This document shows, piece by piece, positions 56,300-58,249 of a stretch of DNA of 58,249 bases (position 1 is its first letter; each line of letters starts with the position of its first letter). The DNA is taken from positions 1 to 58,249 of the forward strand of contig JAHFIK010000002.1 in NCBI GenBank assembly GCA_023246415.1, read 5' to 3'. The translations under genes were made by a program, and so were the position numbers. The stretch is from Candidatus Uhrbacteria bacterium. Lineage in GTDB: Bacteria > Patescibacteriota > Patescibacteriia > 2-12-FULL-60-25. The notes beneath the pieces are model-generated. The model had not been told where the DNA came from, did not search any database, and saw nothing but the letters and a program-made list of their open reading frames with translations.

Positions 56300-57109
56300 A
56301 TGAAGAAGCCGCAGAAACGGGTCGGAGGTGCGCGTGGAACAAAAGGAAAGACGAGTCAGAAGGGTGCCGTCAAATCGGCACGGAAGATGCTTCCAAAAAA
56401 GACGAAATTAGCGAAGAACGATAAAGTGAGTTCGGCGAAAACGACAAAAAAAGGATCTGCTCCAGCAAAAGCAGCTGCCGGACCGAATGAGTCGCTGTTT
56501 CCGTATGGATCTCTGAAACATGGTGATCTTGCGTGGCATATCGCCACGTTCGAAAAATTGGTGAAGAAGTTTGAAGAGGCAGAGCAGATCTTGTTGCGGA
56601 ACGCATTCGTGTTTGCGAAAGAACGGCATGAAAAGCAATTGAGAAAAGACGGGTCTCCATACATCATTCATCCGCTTCGTATCGCAAACATGATCGGACT
56701 CGAATGGGGGATTCGCCAAGCGCCACTGATCGCGGCGGCATTGCTTCATGATGTAATCGAAGATACGCAGACGACGATTCGAGAAGTGAAAGATGGCTTC
56801 GGGGATGAAATCGGAAAGCTTGTGGATGGGTTGACCATGTGGCCAGGGAGCGAAACGCCAGAAGTGTACTTAAAACGCGTATCACGCGGACCGCGCGAGC
56901 TCCGCATCATCAAGTGTGCGGATGTCCTCGACAATCTGCGATCGTGGCACGAGTGTGGTGACGGTAATGCGGACCGTTTTACACGATGGTGGCGGCAAGC
57001 GCATGACTTCGCGCTCCCGATGGCTGAAGAAACATTAGACGCTGCGGCAAAACGGATTCGTGAAATTGTTGAAGACGCGTGGTATCTGAAGAAGGCGAGC
57101 ATGATGTAG
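56300..57109 (+). CDS. Stand-alone RelA/SpoT-type HD hydrolase (Mesh1/small alarmone hydrolase-like) with a Lys-rich N-terminus
   Basis: H..Q.RK.G.PYI.HP, AALLHDVIEDT, FG..I..LV..LT, K.AD..DN. No synthetase domain. The start may be 56270. Confidence 0.85.
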   Translation: MKKPQKRVGGARGTKGKTSQKGAVKSARKMLPKKTKLAKNDKVSSAKTTKKGSAPAKAAAGPNESLFPYGSLKHGDLAWHIATFEKLVKKFEEAEQILLRNAFVFAKERHEKQLRKDGSPYIIHPLRIANMIGLEWGIRQAPLIAAALLHDVIEDTQTTIREVKDGFGDEIGKLVDGLTMWPGSETPEVYLKRVSRGPRELRIIKCADVLDNLRSWHECGDGNADRFTRWWRQAHDFALPMAEETLDAAAKRIREIVEDAWYLKKASMM

Positions 57110-57140
57110 CTGCGCTCGTTTGTCACTTGAGGCTGAACAT

Positions 57141-58040
57141 ATGAACGGTGTTAAGAAACTCCCAATCTGGGCACTCTTCGTGATCGCATTCCTGCTTACG
57201 TGTGCGGTGATTTGCGTTGGATTGTTTGTGACCATGCGTTCGACGTGGTCGCGACTTCAGGTCCTGAGTCCGCCTGTTGACACGAGGACGGATTACGCGA
57301 AGATGATTGAATTTTCTTCAACATCAACCGATGCGCAGACGCGGACGCAGCTTCAGGATGCATTTACAAAAAAGAAACTCGCCATCTTGTGGTCAGCGAC
57401 GCTTCCGGATCACCAACGTCGTCTGGTGCTTGCGGCACCGACACTTGATGGGACAATCAAATCCGCATCCTGTCAGGATGCGCAAGCGTTCTGCGCGTTT
57501 TTTATTGAGGACGGCGCCTCGAGTCGCTTGTTGACGCGCGGATCGCGGATCATGGGGTTCCAGCATTTGGAACGATTTTCGGATGCGGACCACGCCATCA
57601 TCGCGGTGAAGTTTTCATTGTTGAATTATTCGTCAATCGAACGGCTTTCGTTAGATTTGAAGACGGGTGAACTGGTGCCGCTCCTTGTGCTCGAAATGGA
57701 TGTTGATGATCAGTCGACGCGCCTCACAGCGAGTGGGTATGGGGATATCGTTTTGTTATCGATCGATTCCATCCGAGATCAGGGACGCGATTTCCCAACG
57801 CGTGTGACCGTTCAGACGGATGATGGGAAGATTCTCTCGCAGATCGATCAGGCGACGATCGGACATTTTGCAGATCTACAAAAAAAAGCGAATAATCCAT
57901 TGAAATCCCTCACGGTAGAGCCGTCAGATACAGATGTGTCAACGTTGAAGGTTTCCGTTTCTCTGTTTGGAGAATCGTATCTCTTCGATCTCAAACAGAA
58001 GACGCTTACGCCGGTTCGATCCAGTCAGAATAAGAAATAG
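57141..58040 (+). CDS. Hypothetical membrane-anchored protein
   Basis: N-terminal TM segment and a beta-rich body. It fills the gap between the HD gene and dnaJ. Confidence 0.65.
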   Translation: MNGVKKLPIWALFVIAFLLTCAVICVGLFVTMRSTWSRLQVLSPPVDTRTDYAKMIEFSSTSTDAQTRTQLQDAFTKKKLAILWSATLPDHQRRLVLAAPTLDGTIKSASCQDAQAFCAFFIEDGASSRLLTRGSRIMGFQHLERFSDADHAIIAVKFSLLNYSSIERLSLDLKTGELVPLLVLEMDVDDQSTRLTASGYGDIVLLSIDSIRDQGRDFPTRVTVQTDDGKILSQIDQATIGHFADLQKKANNPLKSLTVEPSDTDVSTLKVSVSLFGESYLFDLKQKTLTPVRSSQNKK

Positions 58041-58049
58041 CCTATCTCC

Positions 58050-58249
58050 ATGTCACGCGATTATTACGATATTCTCGGCATCTCAAAGAGTGCGAGTGCA
58101 GATGAAATAAAAAAGGCCTTTCGGAAAAAGGCGCATGAATTGCATCCAGATAAAGGCGGTGATGAAAAAGCGTTCAAGGAGGTGAATGAGGCGTACCAGG
58201 TGTTGGGGAGTCCTGAGAAACGGGCAACGTACGATCAATTTGGAAAAGC
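58050..58249 (+). CDS. dnaJ: Chaperone DnaJ, 3' partial
   Basis: Manual translation [10 protein letters not shown]...[19 protein letters not shown]...YDQFG is a J-domain with the HPD motif. Confidence 0.9.
   Translation, partial: MSRDYYDILGISKSASADEIKKAFRKKAHELHPDKGGDEKAFKEVNEAYQVLGSPEKRATYDQFGK

Noticed and set aside
1-58249. Recoded TGA (genetic code 25)
   Set aside because: Conserved genes such as secD, mnmA, pyrG and hrcA end at TGA at their expected C-termini, and no core gene is interrupted by TGA.

Overview
Gene-dense, mostly housekeeping chromosomal window read in genetic code 11 (TGA is a stop). It most resembles a Candidate Phyla Radiation (Patescibacteria/Parcubacteria-like) bacterium; this is inferred from the short AlaS, RpoA and HrcA, the direct rplQ-rplM junction, the stand-alone TrwB/VirD4-like ATPase with a CxxC-x17-CxxC ribbon, and sparse Shine-Dalgarno signals. 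In order the window holds: a DUF2000-ASCH-MazG cluster, yvcK, secD-secF, a coupling-protein-like ATPase with an upstream partner, uppP, a DD-carboxypeptidase, mnmA, alaS, the infA-rpmJ-rpsMKD-rpoA-rplQ-rplM-rpsI cluster, a surface-glycan locus (flippase, GT4, GT2, GT2-O-antigen-ligase fusion, GT-C-like protein, rfbB/rfbA), priA-def-fmt, an S41 protease, pyrG, rpmA, mraY-ftsW-murG, tRNA-Lys(UUU), a translin-like gene, and a CIRCE-controlled hrcA-grpE-hsp20-dnaK-(HD hydrolase)-(hypothetical)-dnaJ cluster. The most notable observations are: (1) SecD carries two parvulin PPIase domains inserted in its extracytoplasmic loop; (2) a perfect 7-mer tandem repeat sits exactly in the linker of the GT2-ligase fusion and could switch it between fused and split states; (3) a translin/Trax-like protein and a Mesh1-like alarmone hydrolase are associated with the heat-shock cluster; (4) RpoA lacks the alpha-CTD; (5) many promoters appear leaderless or nearly so. 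No CRISPR array, rRNA or mobile element was seen. All calls come from motif recognition by eye, with no database searches.
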